A stretch of DNA of 63,455 bases, the filler included, from Diploschistes diacapsis (Eukaryota), in NCBI GenBank assembly GCA_023645945.1. It is 9 parts of 9 records of this genome, joined end to end, with 100 filler letters (N's around TTAATTAATTAA, not from the genome) between each part and the next. Parts side by side here need not be neighbours in the genome. Positions count along the whole stretch, not along the records: positions 22,915 to 49,742 come from JALAIB010000170.1; 8 more parts are not named here. The stretch is one strand, 5' to 3'. This document shows positions 26,782 through 42,118 of the stretch, in pieces. Each line of letters begins with the position of its first letter. The stretch's first letter is position 1. The notes beneath the pieces are model-generated. The model did no database searches and was not told the origin of the DNA. It was given only the letters and a program-made list of their open reading frames with translations. The translations under genes and the position numbers were made by a program.

Positions 26782-28486
26782 TTATCTCAAGGCTGCCATC
26801 TTCTCTGTCATGTTTCCAATGGTGGCGTCTGCCTTCTGCTTTGCTCCACCGTCGCCCTTCGTTTTTAGTTTCTGAGAAGTGGAGTCCTTGGGAAGGTCCT
26901 TGGTGTACGCTATGAAATCGGGCGCGCCCGGGATGTATTTTCGGAGAACTTCAGGCACTTGAACACCCTACATTGGTATTAATCAACGACACAGAAGTGA
27001 AGTTCAGTCATGACTCACTTCGGCCGTTTGGTAATTCTCCAGTACGCAGCAAAGCGCTCTTTCAGTGGCGCACAGCGTTGCATTCAGCGCGTGAACAAAT
27101 ACTTTTCTCGAATCCGTCGTCGATTTAGCACCGTAGCGGATGTTGAGCTCTCGTGATTGGAAATCGGTGCAGTTTGAACAGGACACCAACCTGCGTACTA
27201 TAGTCAGCCATTTAGCCAAATGGAAAACAGTTATCTGCCTGAATAGGACACCGACTCCTTGTATTCGCCTTGAAATGGGAACCATGCCTCCAGATCGTAT
27301 TTCTTGGCTGCAGCATTGTTAAGCGCACCGGAGACGATTGCAACTATCTGATAGGGAAGTCCTAACGATTGATAGAATTCCTCGGACGTCGCTATCATGT
27401 CATCAAATGCTTGCCACGAGTCGTCCGGTTTGGTGAAAAGAAACTGCTCGATTTTCTCGAACTGGTGTACACGAAAGATGCCCCATGCGTCCTTCCCATG
27501 AGCGCCTGCCTCCTTGCGGTAGCAGGTTGAGTACCCGGCGTACTTGATCGGTAGATCTGCGTCTTGTAGCCATTCCGAGTCGTGTAGCACAGATAGAGGT
27601 TGCTCTGATGTTGCTATTAGGTATTTGTCGGTCTGCTTGTCATCGTCGTTTTCGGTCACTTTATACAACTCCTCATCGAACTGCTCCAGTTGGGCTGTTT
27701 TAGCCATTTGTTCTCGAAGCATGAAATGTGGAGGTTGATTAGGCTTATAACCCTTCTTCCAAAGGAATTCCAATCCATAGTTGACCAGGGCAAGGTTCAG
27801 GAAGAGCCCGTAGCCAGTCAAGCAATACCCCCGGTGACCAACGATCTTCACACCCCTCTCTGGATCATATCCGTCAATCCGGGTCAGTACTTCGTGATGC
27901 GAGAGGCAGTCCTTCTTTTCCACGCTTGAACCCTCCGGCTTCCAGGTGCGGATGATTGCATTATCGTCCTAAATCTTTGAGTTAGATCTGCGGTCAACTA
28001 ACCGACCTCGGTTTCCAACCTCGTTTTTGCTAACTGGTACGGAGTCGTGGACGTAGTTCCCAATCGTTTTGACCTTTCTGGTGAGGAGCTCCTCTTTCTC
28101 AGTAGCTGAATCTTCGAGAACTTTCTTCTCCTTTTCCAGATATGTTTTCTCCTTCAGAAGTTCTGTGGCGTCCTCCTTTGCCTAGTAAGCAGATAAGTAG
28201 AGAAGCTCGGTAATCATGATCAGAAAAGCACCAGACTTTCTTCCTTTGTCCAATCTCCTTTTGCTTCGCATTTATCTTCGAGCCAACTTGAGTGGCGGCG
28301 TATTTCGCTGCTGGCCTTCAGCATCACGCAAGTCTGAAGAAGGATAACCGAACTTTTCTTGTGGTCTTCGAACAGCGCGACTACATCGTCAATAATCGAT
28401 TCGGGTGCGTGACGCCTACGCTGATTATCTTTTAATTTTTTGAGATCCCCACCCTTGTCGGGCTGGAAGTCGAGCAGGTCAAGCAT
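26782..28486 (-). CDS. SES1: Cytosolic seryl-tRNA synthetase (about 6 exons)
   Basis: [72 protein letters not shown]. Confidence 0.96.
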
Positions 28487-29074
28487 GGTGTATTCAACAC
28501 GCGCGCACCATAGGACAAACCGACCGAGTAAAGAGACGTTGTTCAAGCCTATAAATAACGTCAGTCAGTCAAACCTAGATTCTGGAGCTATCCAAAACAA
28601 AACAAAAAAAAGAAACTGACCCCACCTTGTCCGAGGAGTTCACGCAAATACATGTGCAGAACCTTGGATGTCAAAGGCGGGGCAAATATGGGGGCAGCTT
28701 AAATCGGGGCAAGCATATCTACTATAGCACAACTTGTACTTCTTGCAGTCCAGTCTCTCGCCATGAGCACAAAGGCAATTGGCAGGTTATTGGCTTTCGA
28801 GGCACATGCACTACTTACTGATGTCCAGCACCTATCACTGGTAGTACTCGAAGTTGCATACCTAATCTGTCCACAAGATGTCTAAAGCAAGCGCGCCTGA
28901 GGTCCCCATGCATGTTACCAAGTAGAGCACTGCCAGAGTGCTACTCTACTCATATGTGGCTTTTCAACCCCGTCCCCCATCTTTGAGGCGGTCACTGCAC
29001 TAGATTGCGCACCAAAAGGCCCGAAGCTCAGGGATGCTGAAGAAGCCCGAGAACAGGCCGCAACCAAGCAGGAA

Positions 29075-29881
29075 TCACATCACACAACACTTGCTCCCGC
29101 CGGTGGGCTTGCTGGGGTCACGCGACTTCTCAGTCTCGGCCACGATAAACTCAAAAGCCTTGGTGACGTTGGAATCCAGCCTGGCACTAGCTTCGGTAAA
29201 GCTGCATTTGTAGACCTTGGCCAGCTCCAGCCCCTCCTCCGCGGGTACCTGCCGTAACTCGGGCTTCAAGTCGCTTTTGTTCCCTACTATCACCATCGGG
29301 GCCCAGTCTTCGCCCTATTAGGATCTGTGAGCGCACGGCCCTGGCTCCGTAACGACGGCGTTTGGCCGACCTACCAGGTGATTGAGGATCTTGTCGATGA
29401 TGACACGCACCGTCTCGAAAGACTGTCTCGAGGCAACGGAGTAGACAAGCATGTAACCATGAATGCCAATGAAATGCTTGGAGCCCATGATGCTATATTC
29501 GTCCTGCACGTAGGCCCCACACTCAGCAATTAGTCTGCATCTTCGAAGAGGGCGGAACAAAGCCACGCGATCGCCCTGGCGGCAATACTTTCTGAAGGGA
29601 ATGAAGATCAAAGAGACACCCATTGCGTACCTGACCGGCCGTATCTACAATTTCCGTGGCGTAATCCTGGCCATTGTATCTGATGATGCGGCTGAAAGTA
29701 TTTTCGATCGTGGGATAGTAGCTCTCGACGAAATGTCCCTCAACAAACTGGACGGTGAGAGATGATTTCCCTACGCCGGCGCTCTAGAATCAGATACCAC
29801 AACTCAAGGCTAAGAAAGCTTCGACGTACCGACAGACCTGCTGCCCACCACAGCCACTTTGCGCTGCTTTGGCGCCGTCAT
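29075..29881 (-). CDS. RHB1: Rheb small GTPase (4 exons)
   Basis: VAVVGSRSVGKSSL (Arg at the Ras G12-equivalent position), FVESYYPTIENTF, DTAGQ-DEYS, GNKSD, C-terminal CAAX CCVM. Confidence 0.95.
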
Positions 29882-31023
29882 GCTCTTTGTGAGCCCTCGT
29901 TTTGCAGTTGCTCGACTCCGTAGTCTCTCGAACAGACTTGTCTTGGTTGATTGCGAAGAAAGAAAGTCTTGAAGACCTCGACCTTAATGTTTGAATGTGT
30001 GGTAGTAGCCGTTTTCGATTTCCTATTAAGCGCGCCTGCATCCAATGGCCCAAATGGGTCGCTGAGTTCCACTCTTTTTCCCCTGCTTGGTTCCGGAAGA
30101 CTGAAATACACAAATCCGCGCACCCCGAACGCCCTTCCGGTCGTGTCCGAAAGAGCACGGCGATGTAGAAGAGTCATCATCAAGCTCGATTCACAAAAGC
30201 AATAATGCCATCGTAAGGGGCTCGATCCCTAAAATCAATCGTGTGCGTGGCGCATTTTAGACTCTGCCTGTCGTTCCTTTGCTTGCGGGTCAATTTTAAG
30301 GTTCGAGAACTCGATGGCTCCGGGGAACGAAGAGGAAGCTGTCTGCTCTCAGCAGGTTTGCTGTTATCATTGCTCGCTCGCTCGGACTCTGGAGCCGTTC
30401 ACCCCCAACTTTGCTGTCGCCAATTGGAGTATCTCTTCAGCAAGATCCGGTGTACGTAATGGTAGTATTACTCGTAGAGGGTGGAAGAAGTAGAAAAGCG
30501 GTGAGCGGTGAGGGATCGAGGGAGCGAGCCAGACCCGCTGCTCATTAATTACCTGCCTATCTCCTTCTCTCCCATCCCCGATGCCCAATGCTCAAAGAGA
30601 GATCAATTCTTCAGCCTTGCAACCACATTGATTGGATGGCATTTGTTACAGGCCCTTCATGATGCAAGTGGCAGATGGTCCATTACTTTCAACTATCTAA
30701 TGTTCTGTACACGAGCGGAAACCCTTTCCAGGGTTGCCAGGCACCCTCCCGTATCGAAATACAATTCGTCTCCGTCATTGGGCTTGCGCGCGGTCCTCAT
30801 GTAGACCGTTTACACCAACTAGTTGTAGAAACCGCTAGGCTGAAAGATACGCGCACTATTTAACAAGCAGTATCTGGATTAGAGAACCAACAGTTTTTGC
30901 GCGGCAGATTCGACAGGCCAACTGTGCCGGCAACGAGGTGGTGAACCTGCAGCCGCCAGCTCCTGTAGTCTACCCAATGACACGTCACCGCACCCTACAT
31001 ATGGCCTTCTCTTGCGACCAAGG

Positions 31024-33877
31024 CTAAGGGAGGCCTTCCTCAGCCTTGAGCGTGTTGACTAGGTTCTGCAGCCGGTCTGTGAAAGTGGTCTTGATATCGA
31101 CGTCGGCATCGGTATGACGTAATTCCGCCGCGACTCTGCGGTGGTACGTCAGGAATTCCGCGACAGCATCCAGCAGCCGCCGTAACGTGCCACCTGCCAA
31201 GTGCCTCTTCACGCAATCTCGAACCGCGATGTTCTTGCTTAAGTAGGCCAGCAAAACAGCCAGCCAACCAAACGGGATGTTGAATTTGATTTCGTTCTCT
31301 GAAGTGACCTTGTAGGGCATTAGCAGTTTCTGACGGAATCGGATGTCTTTGTACCTCAGATGCATCTTCCAGCTTCGTCACAAACAGGCGAATTACCGTT
31401 TCGATAGGTGCGCTAGCGTCGTCGGAGTGCCGCAAAAAAAGTTCGCGAGTCCGCTCATTCTTCTCTGAAACATTAATGAGAAAGCCCAAAGAGAGCACGA
31501 GATTGTCGAGTATAATGTTCCGTTCGTCATCCGTACCCTCCAGCGAGAGCAAAGAGAAATGTTCAACTATCGTATGCAGAATGGTTGTTATCACTTCCGG
31601 TCTTGCGAAAGCTGTGCACGCTGCCAAACTGCTGTTGGATAGATTGAGGCCAAGTCTCAGGCCCAGAGACAGCAGCTGCTGGTTTTTTTCTAATTTCTTG
31701 GGTATCCTTGTAATGAGCATACCCAATTTGCGGATTGCGCCGTCTGACCAGAGCGACTCGCAAGCTTGGTCCGATACACTGTACACGATAGCAGATGACT
31801 CAAGCGTGGAAAGTGCTAGACGGGAAATGAGCATGGCGAGCTCAGACGCATTTGTTGAGTCAAAGTCTGTTTGGCTAACGATTTCGAGAAGACGTTCAAT
31901 GGTAGGTCTGGAGAGCAGCGCCTGAGTAGAACCTGCCTCCCGTGATTGCCTCACAACGTGCTCAAGGCATCGGAGGGACAGCATTTGGCAGCTCAGCTGA
32001 GGTGGCCCACTCTGTCCCCACAGCGGCAGTGCTTTGATGTTATCGCAAACTTTTCGAATCTCTCTTTGCAAGTCTCGAGTCAAGCCAAATCTACGGTTGA
32101 CAAGAAGAGCGTTAATGTCGACAGCATCGTCGAGGCAACCCGCCCAAAAGGTAATAGCCTTATCCCTAGACTGGTGATCTAGTAATACTGCGGAGCCTGA
32201 GTGATCGAAATTGGAGAGCATGGCCACAGAGAGAAGAAACCGAATAATTTGATCGGAACCGGATTCCAGGATATTCAGCAATCGAACTTCACAGCCAGAG
32301 TCCCAGAATTGCTGCTTGAAAGATGCTGATTGAAGTCCCCTGATAAGTTCTACAAGCGCAAGTCGTTGCTGTGATGCAGAAACGCTACCTTCAATATCAT
32401 CCATCAAAGCTTCAGTCTGTCTAGTGATACGTTGGATCGATCCTGCCTCTCTTAACTCATAAATACTCCTTAGACCATTTTGTGAAGAATTTTGAAACTC
32501 TTCGTCTTCCGTTGTTACCTTCAAAGAGCTTTCTGGAGGAGGAAGCTCCCGGATTCGTTTTGAAGCCGGTGGTGATTGTTGGCCTGCCAATATCGAATGT
32601 TCGAAGTATGTGTCTTTGGGCTCTTGAAGAACCGTGCGATGTCCCGCTGCATAGGTCATCCTAGGACCTTGCGCTTGCCTGACAGCAAGGTCAGTTAATT
32701 GTGTATGTGAGTTGCCGATGTCCTCCTTGTCTGAAACGTTGGGGTCCAGTGAGAATACTGAACTAGCAGACACTTTGCTATCGTCCAGAAGGGGTGGGGA
32801 TATCCTCCGAGGCGTGATTTCTTTAGATTGCTTTTCGGGTGTACCATTTCGGTCGTCATAATGATATCTCAACTTGTCCTTCAGCTTCAGACGAGATGGA
32901 CTAAGGACTGCCGAAGGCCTAGATGAGCCAGCAGCTGCATTAGACCTTGTTGGGGACTTATAAGAGCGTTGACCTCGCACGCTTGAGAATTGCAACTCAG
33001 GTAACTGAAGACCACTTGGGCTTGGTGATTGATTTCCCGCATGAGATGACCTCCGGCTGGGCGAGGGAGTCAAATAATGCGTCAAAGGCCTTACGCAGGA
33101 ACCGCTAATATCAGCATTTCTTTCCGTTTCCGCACTGAATCCGGAGTCGGCGTGTTTTCTGTCTTCATGTTGACTCAGAGATTCACCCGCTGGGTCCAGG
33201 CAACTATTACCGCTTTCCCGTGCACTCTCGAGAATGGTCGCATGACAACTTTTGCTAAGGATGAGCTCGGATGCCGAAGTCGTTCCCTCAGCGGTTGCCA
33301 CAACCGGAGGCTTTCGTTCAAGTCCATCGTCCGTACTTGACCTGACTGTATGCAATCTCGCCCTCTGTGCTCGAGATATGCTCTCGCTTACCAACTTGTT
33401 CCGTTGCTCCTGCCTACCCTCACGTAAAGCAGCTCTGCTGGCGGTCTGATCATCTGTGCGCTTTTTCTTCCTTTTCCCTCCAAGAAGTTCTTGGCTCGTA
33501 TGAGTATCCCGCTTGGTTCCCGAGCTCCTACGGAAGACATCATTGGAAGGCGGAGAACCCAATGTGTTGCTTTTAGGAGACGCGCTGCTGAGATGGTTGG
33601 TGAACAACGGATCTAATAGCAGATGCATACTCAGTTAGTTTTGGTTTGCAGAACAGTCTTTCTAAGACTAATTACCTGTGGGGTTCGAGGTCAAGACCTT
33701 GGAAGGCGCCTGGGCCTCTCCAGACGACAAAATCCGGCTACTTGATCGCAGTTCATCGTCACTGAACATTAGATCTAGCACTGGATTGTGCCCGCCGTGC
33801 AGGGCATTGCGCGATACCTTACCATAGGTCAACGGCTTTTTACGAGGCTTTGCAGTTTCATTGCCTGCCCACATCAT
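31024..33877 (-). CDS. WPL1: Wings apart-like (WAPL) cohesin release factor, 3 exons
   Basis: N-terminal KKPLTYGK, PRMTYA, LRSIYELREAG, helical domain with LSLGFLINVSE, final exon FNIPFGWLAVLL..LLDAVAEFLTYHR. Confidence 0.85.
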
Positions 33878-34446
33878 GTGAAGACGAATACCAGTAAAAG
33901 AGTTGTAATTAGGTTATGTAAACTAGTCATGAAATTCGTACGAGTTTCATATCGGCATGGACGTGATTCCAATGTGGCCAATGTGGCGTGCTGCTTTGTT
34001 TACACAAGATGATGCCTGTTTCCGATTTCGTGGGGTATTAGTAAACTGCTTCCTGTAAATGAATCTGCTATGTCGTATCTAATATGGTTATAATGCCACA
34101 GAGGTACTATCCTAAGTGCGATGCTTTTACTTGGAAGGCATCTCCATATCTCTGTGCCCAAACACAAAAACGCGTTTTCTTACCAAAATCTCGACATTTA
34201 AAATAGGAGATTAGATAAATAAAGCTACATGTATGGTCACAGGTGGAGGCACGTGATAGCATCCTCAGGTTGGATGGTAAATCAAAGATTAAAGCCTCTC
34301 TGGTTCTTCCTTCACTCGGCTTCTAGCTGGTTTTCTTTAAGCTCAACCATGAGTTTTATGTGGGGTCACTATCACTCCAGTCTCTCCAATCTCAACCTAA
34401 AGCGATTGACAATTACTGCAGCCTGGTACCTGAAAGCGCTACCGCG

Positions 34447-35360
<914 letters not shown>

Positions 35361-35646
35361 TTGCAACGAAAAGGTTCGCACGGATGAGCGTGAGCGATAC
35401 CAAAGAACCTGCTTCAAAGCAGGTTGAAGCCAGCTAATGTGAAGGTGAAGATCTCACAGCGCCGAGTTGCAAAGTGCCAATGTGGCAACTTGAGTCGCCA
35501 ATAAAGCACAAGTTTTCCGCAGCGACTGACTCTCTGTAATGCGACATTGAGCCGGTCAATTGTAGTATACTCATCAAGATTTACAGATTTAACAGTCAAG
35601 AATAAGTTCAATGCGGGTTTCATGCGCTGACGTCCTTTCGCACATA

Positions 35647-36199
35647 TCAATTTTCATAGTCCGCTTCATCATCCTCGTACTCATCCTGAACGATGCGCGT
35701 ATCCGCATCCGCCTCGAAGTGGGAAGAGCCGCGAGGTCCTCGCTCAGAGTAAGGGACGTCACCGTGGTTGAGGCTTGTCGCATCCTTGGCGACAGTATCG
35801 CAGGCATCAATCCAGTCAGAGTAGACGTCAACCGCAGCCGACAGGTCTTGCATGCCCGATTAGTCTCCAGCTCTCATGATGCAGAATGCGCGCTTACAGT
35901 TGATGCCTGTTTGAAATTGCTGCCCACAAATCTTGCACGAAAGCTCTCCTGTGCCACCCTTTTTGTCCATCTTGACGGTCACGGAGCTCTCATGGTTACA
36001 AAATAGGCACGCGAATGTGGTCGGAAGGGGCTCTTTCTGATCATGGATATGGTGAGTATTTTATAATGATTCAAGTACAAGTAGGATCTACGAACTTTTC
36101 TGGGCCCTTGAGGCTTTTTCGCAGCCTTCTTTCTTTTACCCTTGAATAGTCAGTTCGTTCTCTTTAATCACTCCTTTAGGCTCAAAACCATCATACCAT
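35647..36199 (-). CDS. ELF1: Transcription elongation factor Elf1 (4 exons; first exon is ATG only)
   Basis: [61 protein letters not shown]. Confidence 0.92.
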
Positions 36200-36703
36200 G
36201 ATCCAGTATGTCCTTGCAGTGCAAAGGGTGAGAAGTATGAGTAAGGCAAGACGTGAGAGAGACTCGCAGGAACTCTTTATATATGCGCTTGCAAGATGTT
36301 CCACGTGACTAATAAATACTTGGGTTTTAACTGGTGCTCCAACGTGCCAAAGTTAATTGTTTGTCGCGCAAAAGAACTTCTAGTCACTATGTAGGTTCCT
36401 AGACCGACTACTACAATGCCACAACACGCAGGCTGCCTTGTTTAAAGGCAATAGAATGTAAAAACCTTTTCCAAACCGTTGATGCCCTTGCATAACAAAA
36501 GTAATACAGATATTATTTTTATAATAGGCTCTACGCAAACTCCTAAGCCCACCCGTTCCTATAGGACTTTCACATATACCATACATAGCTCTCAATTGAA
36601 TTACCCTGTTCTCTTCCAGGCCATAGAGATACAGCATCTGGAATAGCGTTTCCGTTGTCATAACTGTCCATTCAGGTTCTGGAACATCGACGTAAATCGC
36701 AAA

Positions 36704-38886
36704 ATGGACAACACTGTTTTGCAGCGAATCCAGGAGACACTTTCTGACATTCAAAAAGACTATAAGTCTCTGTCTGCTTCCGTCGAGGGCATCAATGGCC
36801 GAGTGAATGCATTGGTGGGGGTGGGTGAGATTCGAGATGTCGCTGCTAGCTCTCCAGAAGCCGATGAAGCGATCCTACATGCAGATAAGCCCACCACTGG
36901 ATTGTCTCCCAAAACGATAGTTCCGCATCTTGAAACCCCTTCTACTAACGAGCAACATGTCGAGTCTTGCCAAGCTACGCCAGGAGCTACTAGTGCCGCT
37001 CGATCCAGCTTGATTTCACGTATTATTCTCACGACCTACCCCCGCCAGGCCGGAATTGAACCCCTCCCAATGGACTGGGGGCACCAAGATCCAACTATAC
37101 GAGGCCCAGTCGTTGTTTCTCGCAACACGAGCACTGTCCGGCGTCGCAATGGTGCGGTTTCTACAAATACCCCTGGCAGCGTGCGGACTGACATTGTACG
37201 GGTAGCTATTGGCGCTCATGGCGGCTCTTATTCGATATATCATGCACTCGCGGTGGCTAGCAAGGATCTGGACATAGATCACGTCCCGGACTTCACCAAC
37301 ACCGAGCCTGCCGTGAAAATCGGCCCTTTCCCCCAATGGGTTGATCGGAAGAAAATAGTATCCCTGGATCCTTTTGGTCATCTTGCTCCTTGGCTATTCA
37401 AAGACCTAATGCAAAAAGAGAATATTGATATTCGCCCGACCATAGCCATTACTAAGGCGCACATGAAACTCCCAGAGCTTGAGCAAAGTGTTAGAAGCGG
37501 ACGCATTGTGCCGGACGGCAGGATTTGCCTCAACGAGACTGGCGAGCTTGCTGTAACAAAATTCGCTGTGGAACCGGTCTGGTATCTCCCAGGGGTAGCA
37601 GAGCGCTTTGGGATAGGTTCGTGGTGTCTGCAGGAAGATGATAACACGAAACATGGAAGGGCTCACCAGGTATAGACGAAGGCGTACTGCGGCGTTCTCT
37701 GTTCGAGAACACTGGGGGATCGTTCCCAGAGCTTATCACCCGTTCAACTGATATCAAAGTGTTTCTCCCACCGATTGGAGGGCTTACCGTTTACTGCTTC
37801 GGAGATCCTGCTAAACTGTCTGACCCAGGCGCGAAGTTAGCCCTTAGAGTGTAAGGATATTTGGAATACTTTCAATAGTCCCATTACATCTCAGTCTTTT
37901 ACAGGAGCTCTTTACCTGACAAGCAGTGTTCTACAGGCACGACGAATGTAATGGTTCGGACGTTTTTGGATCCGATATATGTACCTGTCGGCCATACCTA
38001 ATATTTGGCGTTGAGGAGGCTGTCAAAGAAGCACAAAAAGGCGGCAGTGGAGTGGTCATCTACTTCCGCAAGGTCCGTATCTGTTCGCTTCTGCTGGAGA
38101 TATGAAACTCAGTTACCGCAGGAAGGCCGCGCTCTAGGGGAAGTCACAAAATATCTGGTGTACAATGCTCGTGAGTGCTTAGGGATGGCCCATGCTCTAG
38201 ATTAAACTAAAAGTCCCCGACAGGTAAACGAGGGGCAGACAGTCAATATTTACTCATCCAAATGTTATACACTGTGCTCATGTCGGTTCAGGGGCGAGCG
38301 AATACTTCCAGCGAACGGAGAGTATAGCCGGCGTGAAGGTGAGTAGAGCTCGTGGAATATGCTACGAGACATGTTATTAACTTTACATAGGATATGAGAT
38401 TCCAAGCTCTGATGCCTGACGTAAGCTATCGCTTCCCAACACCATGTATTGTGCACTGGCCATTGTAATACTGAGTGACGCAGATCTTACATTGGCTTGG
38501 AATTACAAAGATAGATCGGATGCTTAGCATGTCGAAGTACGAAGTTCAAAGACTCGAAGGCTGTATATGGCGCTCACAATCCTACTAGCATGAAGCACGA
38601 TGCGATCGTCCAGCAGGGCATTCCCATCCACGAGCGAGTGCCTATTCCGGACGAGCTAATCCCAGCAGATAGTAGAGTAGAAATCGATGCCAAAATCCAC
38701 GCAGGTTACTGTGAGTATGACCCATTTAAAGCTGCAGCTGTATGATTACTGATATTCCATAGTCACCACTGGTAGAGTGATGGATTTCAGTGAACTAGCT
38801 GGAGTGCATGGAAGGCCCTGGGAGGACGTGGATGTGAGTCATTCAAAGACCCAGCGTGAGCATTGCCTGACGATTGCCAGCATTAA
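36704..38886 (+). CDS. URC1: GTP cyclohydrolase II-like uracil-regulated protein (Urg1/Urc1), about 12 exons
   Basis: IILTTYP, RGPVVVSR..RRN-AIGAHGGSYSIY, VEPVWYLPGVAERFG, RV-HDECNGSDVFGSDICTCRPYL, RK-EGRALGEVTKYLVYNAR, DMRFQALMPD, VEIDAKIHAGY, GRPWEDVD-H*. Confidence 0.9.
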
Positions 38887-40717
38887 CTTAACGATGCTTT
38901 GCAATGTGCGGACGTTGGAACGACTTGCAGCAGGTTCAGTCACAGTGTGCTTCGATTTGGGTTCTTCGGGAATGGCTCAGTACAGCATCCATCATCCGCT
39001 TCCGAATCTCCAAAAGAAACCCTTTGACTTGAAATTGAGGGCAAGAGCAAGCAGCAAGAGTTGCTCTCCGTCTAGCCCCCGAAAAGCTTCGTAACCAAAC
39101 CTGCACGGGAAACATGCGTGTTAAATTTTAGGATATGGCTACCTAGCTAGGCACGATATCCTTCTTCAGGTGGCAGCTTCCTACGAATGCCATAAATTCT
39201 TGCTTGGGCGGCTCCAATTTCCACAGATGGTGTAGTAAGCGTCCATAGCCGGTACTCTCTTGGATGATGGATATAAAGAAGCTCAGAGCAAAACAGACCA
39301 ATAAATGTGTGCCACTCCTGTCATCGATGATTCTCTGTCCCTTATTAGCCTTATTTTAGGCTAGATGTCCACAACAAAGCAAGATATTTCTCTTGGGAGG
39401 GTGAATGCACTACCGATTGTCTTTCTAGGCACCCGTCAATCCCTTAGTGGATGATCAACCCACTCTTTACATAAGGACTAGTGAACCCCAAAAAAAACCC
39501 GAGTCACGTCCATGAAATCAATCGGAGAAAGGACCATAAGCAGCAAGCTGGGAATAGTGTATATTCACATATTTGCATTCTCCGTGCACGGCAGATTCTT
39601 TGGATCATGCCATCAGTTTCTCCTTTCTTACAGCGCCTTCCAATCCAAGTTATCTCCCAGGACGAGCCTAATACTCTATCTACGTGAGGAAATTCCAAGC
39701 AAATCATTATAAGCATATTAGAGATCTTTATGTTCTACGCGCGTACGTACGTAGCAAAGCACAAACGTGAACTGACGATGTCAATCTCAAGCCTAAGAAC
39801 TTTACGGCCGGGTCTCTCCTTTCTCCAACCAAAGCCTCACGTTGTAATAATTTACGACGGTGACAATCAGCAAGCCAGTGCCGTTCTGTCAAGACTGTCG
39901 CTACTGAAGGCCTATAGCACTTCGATTGACCACACACCGAGGATGAAGGGGATTGTATCACAAACCAGCCTCGAGTATACCTGGAAAAGCTGATGCGGGT
40001 TCCGTTTGGTAAACAGACATAATAGTAGACTCAAAGAAAGTCATACCAAATGCTCATGCAAACCTTGAGTATTGCTAACACGATGTCAAAGCGTCCAACG
40101 TATTTCAGCTCTTTAGCCTTTCGAAATTTGAGCCATTTCGAGCAGAGACAAGTATTGGCACTGCTGTATTTGGTGATGGAGCCAAGGGATAGTATCAAAT
40201 CCTTCCTCGAGGAATTAAAATTGGCTTGACTCCATTGCCTAGAGAGCCATACAAGGTATTGGAAACACGTACAAAATTCAAATAAAAATGAGAGGGATTC
40301 CGTCCAAAACAGAGCCTGTACCACACCAGGCAGAGGCGCAGGCATAGTGGTAGTAGCGGCAGAAATATACGTTAGAAGAAACCATCGAGATACATATGGC
40401 TGAGGTATAATCAGTGAAGGGACACACACCTACACAACGGTCAGGCTCTAGGGCCAGTAGCCATATATAAGAGCATACCTAATGCCTGTTGTGATGCTTC
40501 CGATTTCTTCCAGTTTGGTAAGAACTAAAACATGCGAAAGGATGTAAAGGGGCATGAGATGGAGTATTTAGGGCTGAGTCCCAAAACGGCTTAGCCGCCG
40601 CACACTGAGCATCGGGACTAGTGAAATCGCCCTCCGCATATGATGATCGATGGCATTGGACCAGAAAATCCTGTAAAATAATTCACAGCAACTTCAACTT
40701 AGCTTCAAGTTCTGAGC

Positions 40718-41690
40718 ATGGCTGTCGGCAAGTCAGTTCATCTGAGCTTCATTTGGAGGCCTACGGTCTAACAGCTCTCTAGGAATAAGCGTCTTTCGAA
40801 AGGAAAGAAGGGTCTTAAGAAGAGGGCGCAGGATCCTTTCCAGCGCAAGGACTGGTATGATATCAAGGTGAGCATCTCTTCACAACTGAACGATATGATT
40901 GTGTTAATGTGCACAGGCTCCATCCACTTTCGCCATCCGGAGGTAAAGGCAGGCTCTGTCCCCAACTGAACTCCATGGCTCACCAAGTAATTGCAGCGTG
41001 GGCAAGACCCTCGTCAATCGCACTACCGGAATGAAGAATGCGAACGATGCGCTCAAAGGACGTATTCTCGAGGTATCTCTAGCAGATCTACAAAAGGATG
41101 AGGACCACGCTTTTCGTAAGGTCAAGCTTCGGGTCGACGAGATTCAGGGCAAAAGTTGCCTTACAAACTTCCACGGACTTGATTTCACCTCGGACAAACT
41201 ACGCTCACTCGTTCGGAAATGGCAGACATTAATTGAGGCCAACGTGACCGTCAAAACTACCGACGACTACTTACTTCGACTCTTTGCCATCGCTTTTACC
41301 AAGAGGAGACCGAATCAGATTAAGAAAACGACATACGCTGCTTCCTCACAGATCCGTGCTATTCGAAAGAGAATGACGGACATAATTCAACGTGAAGCAA
41401 CTAGTTGCACACTTTCTCAGTTGGTCACGAAGCTTATCCCTGAGGTGATTGGTCGCGAGATTGAGAAAGCGACGCAAGGGATTTACCCTCTTCAAAATGT
41501 TTGTCTTGCCACGTCCATCTCTCTTATGCAACTAAATACTTTTCAGGTCCACATACGTAAGGTTAAGCTTTTGAAACAGCCCAAGTTTGATCTTGGTGCT
41601 CTACTTAACTTACATGGCGAATCCACTACTGATGAGCAAGGTCAAAAGGTGGAAAAGGAATTCAAGGAGCAGGTTCTTGAGAGCGTTTGA
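40718..41690 (+). CDS. RPS1: 40S ribosomal protein eS1 (S3a), 5 exons
   Basis: [63 protein letters not shown]. Confidence 0.97.
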
Positions 41691-42118
41691 AGGTGGGCTT
41701 AGGGAGAACGAGTATGGTCATTGACATGATGTAAACAACTTTACGTGGACAATGCTGAACTTGATGCTGAGCATGCAGTCTTTCTGTGCTCCCCTTGATC
41801 GTGTTCAACGTGCGGTGTTATCGCAACTGGAAACTTCAGGCTGTGTCTCTCTGATGTTTCAAGCAATTTACCTACTTCAAACGAATTGACGTTGTTTTTC
41901 TCTTATCAGCACATATGGCTGACCTGTGATCTGCCATCGGTGAACTGAGGAGGCTTTACATTTCTATGCAGAGCTATAAGTGTTCCAGAAATCAAATGCT
42001 TTAAGCAGCCACTCTTCTACGTGTCGCAACGTCTAAGTCATACGGGAGCTTTTCAAAATATCGTCGCCTAGGCTCGGTGAATCATGGCACAACATAAAGC
42101 CCGCTTAGTTATTTTGGC

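Noticed and set aside
28487..28546. TTG-initiated N-terminal extension of SES1
   Set aside because: Short, contains Glu, lacks clear presequence character; more likely 5' UTR downstream of a UTR intron.
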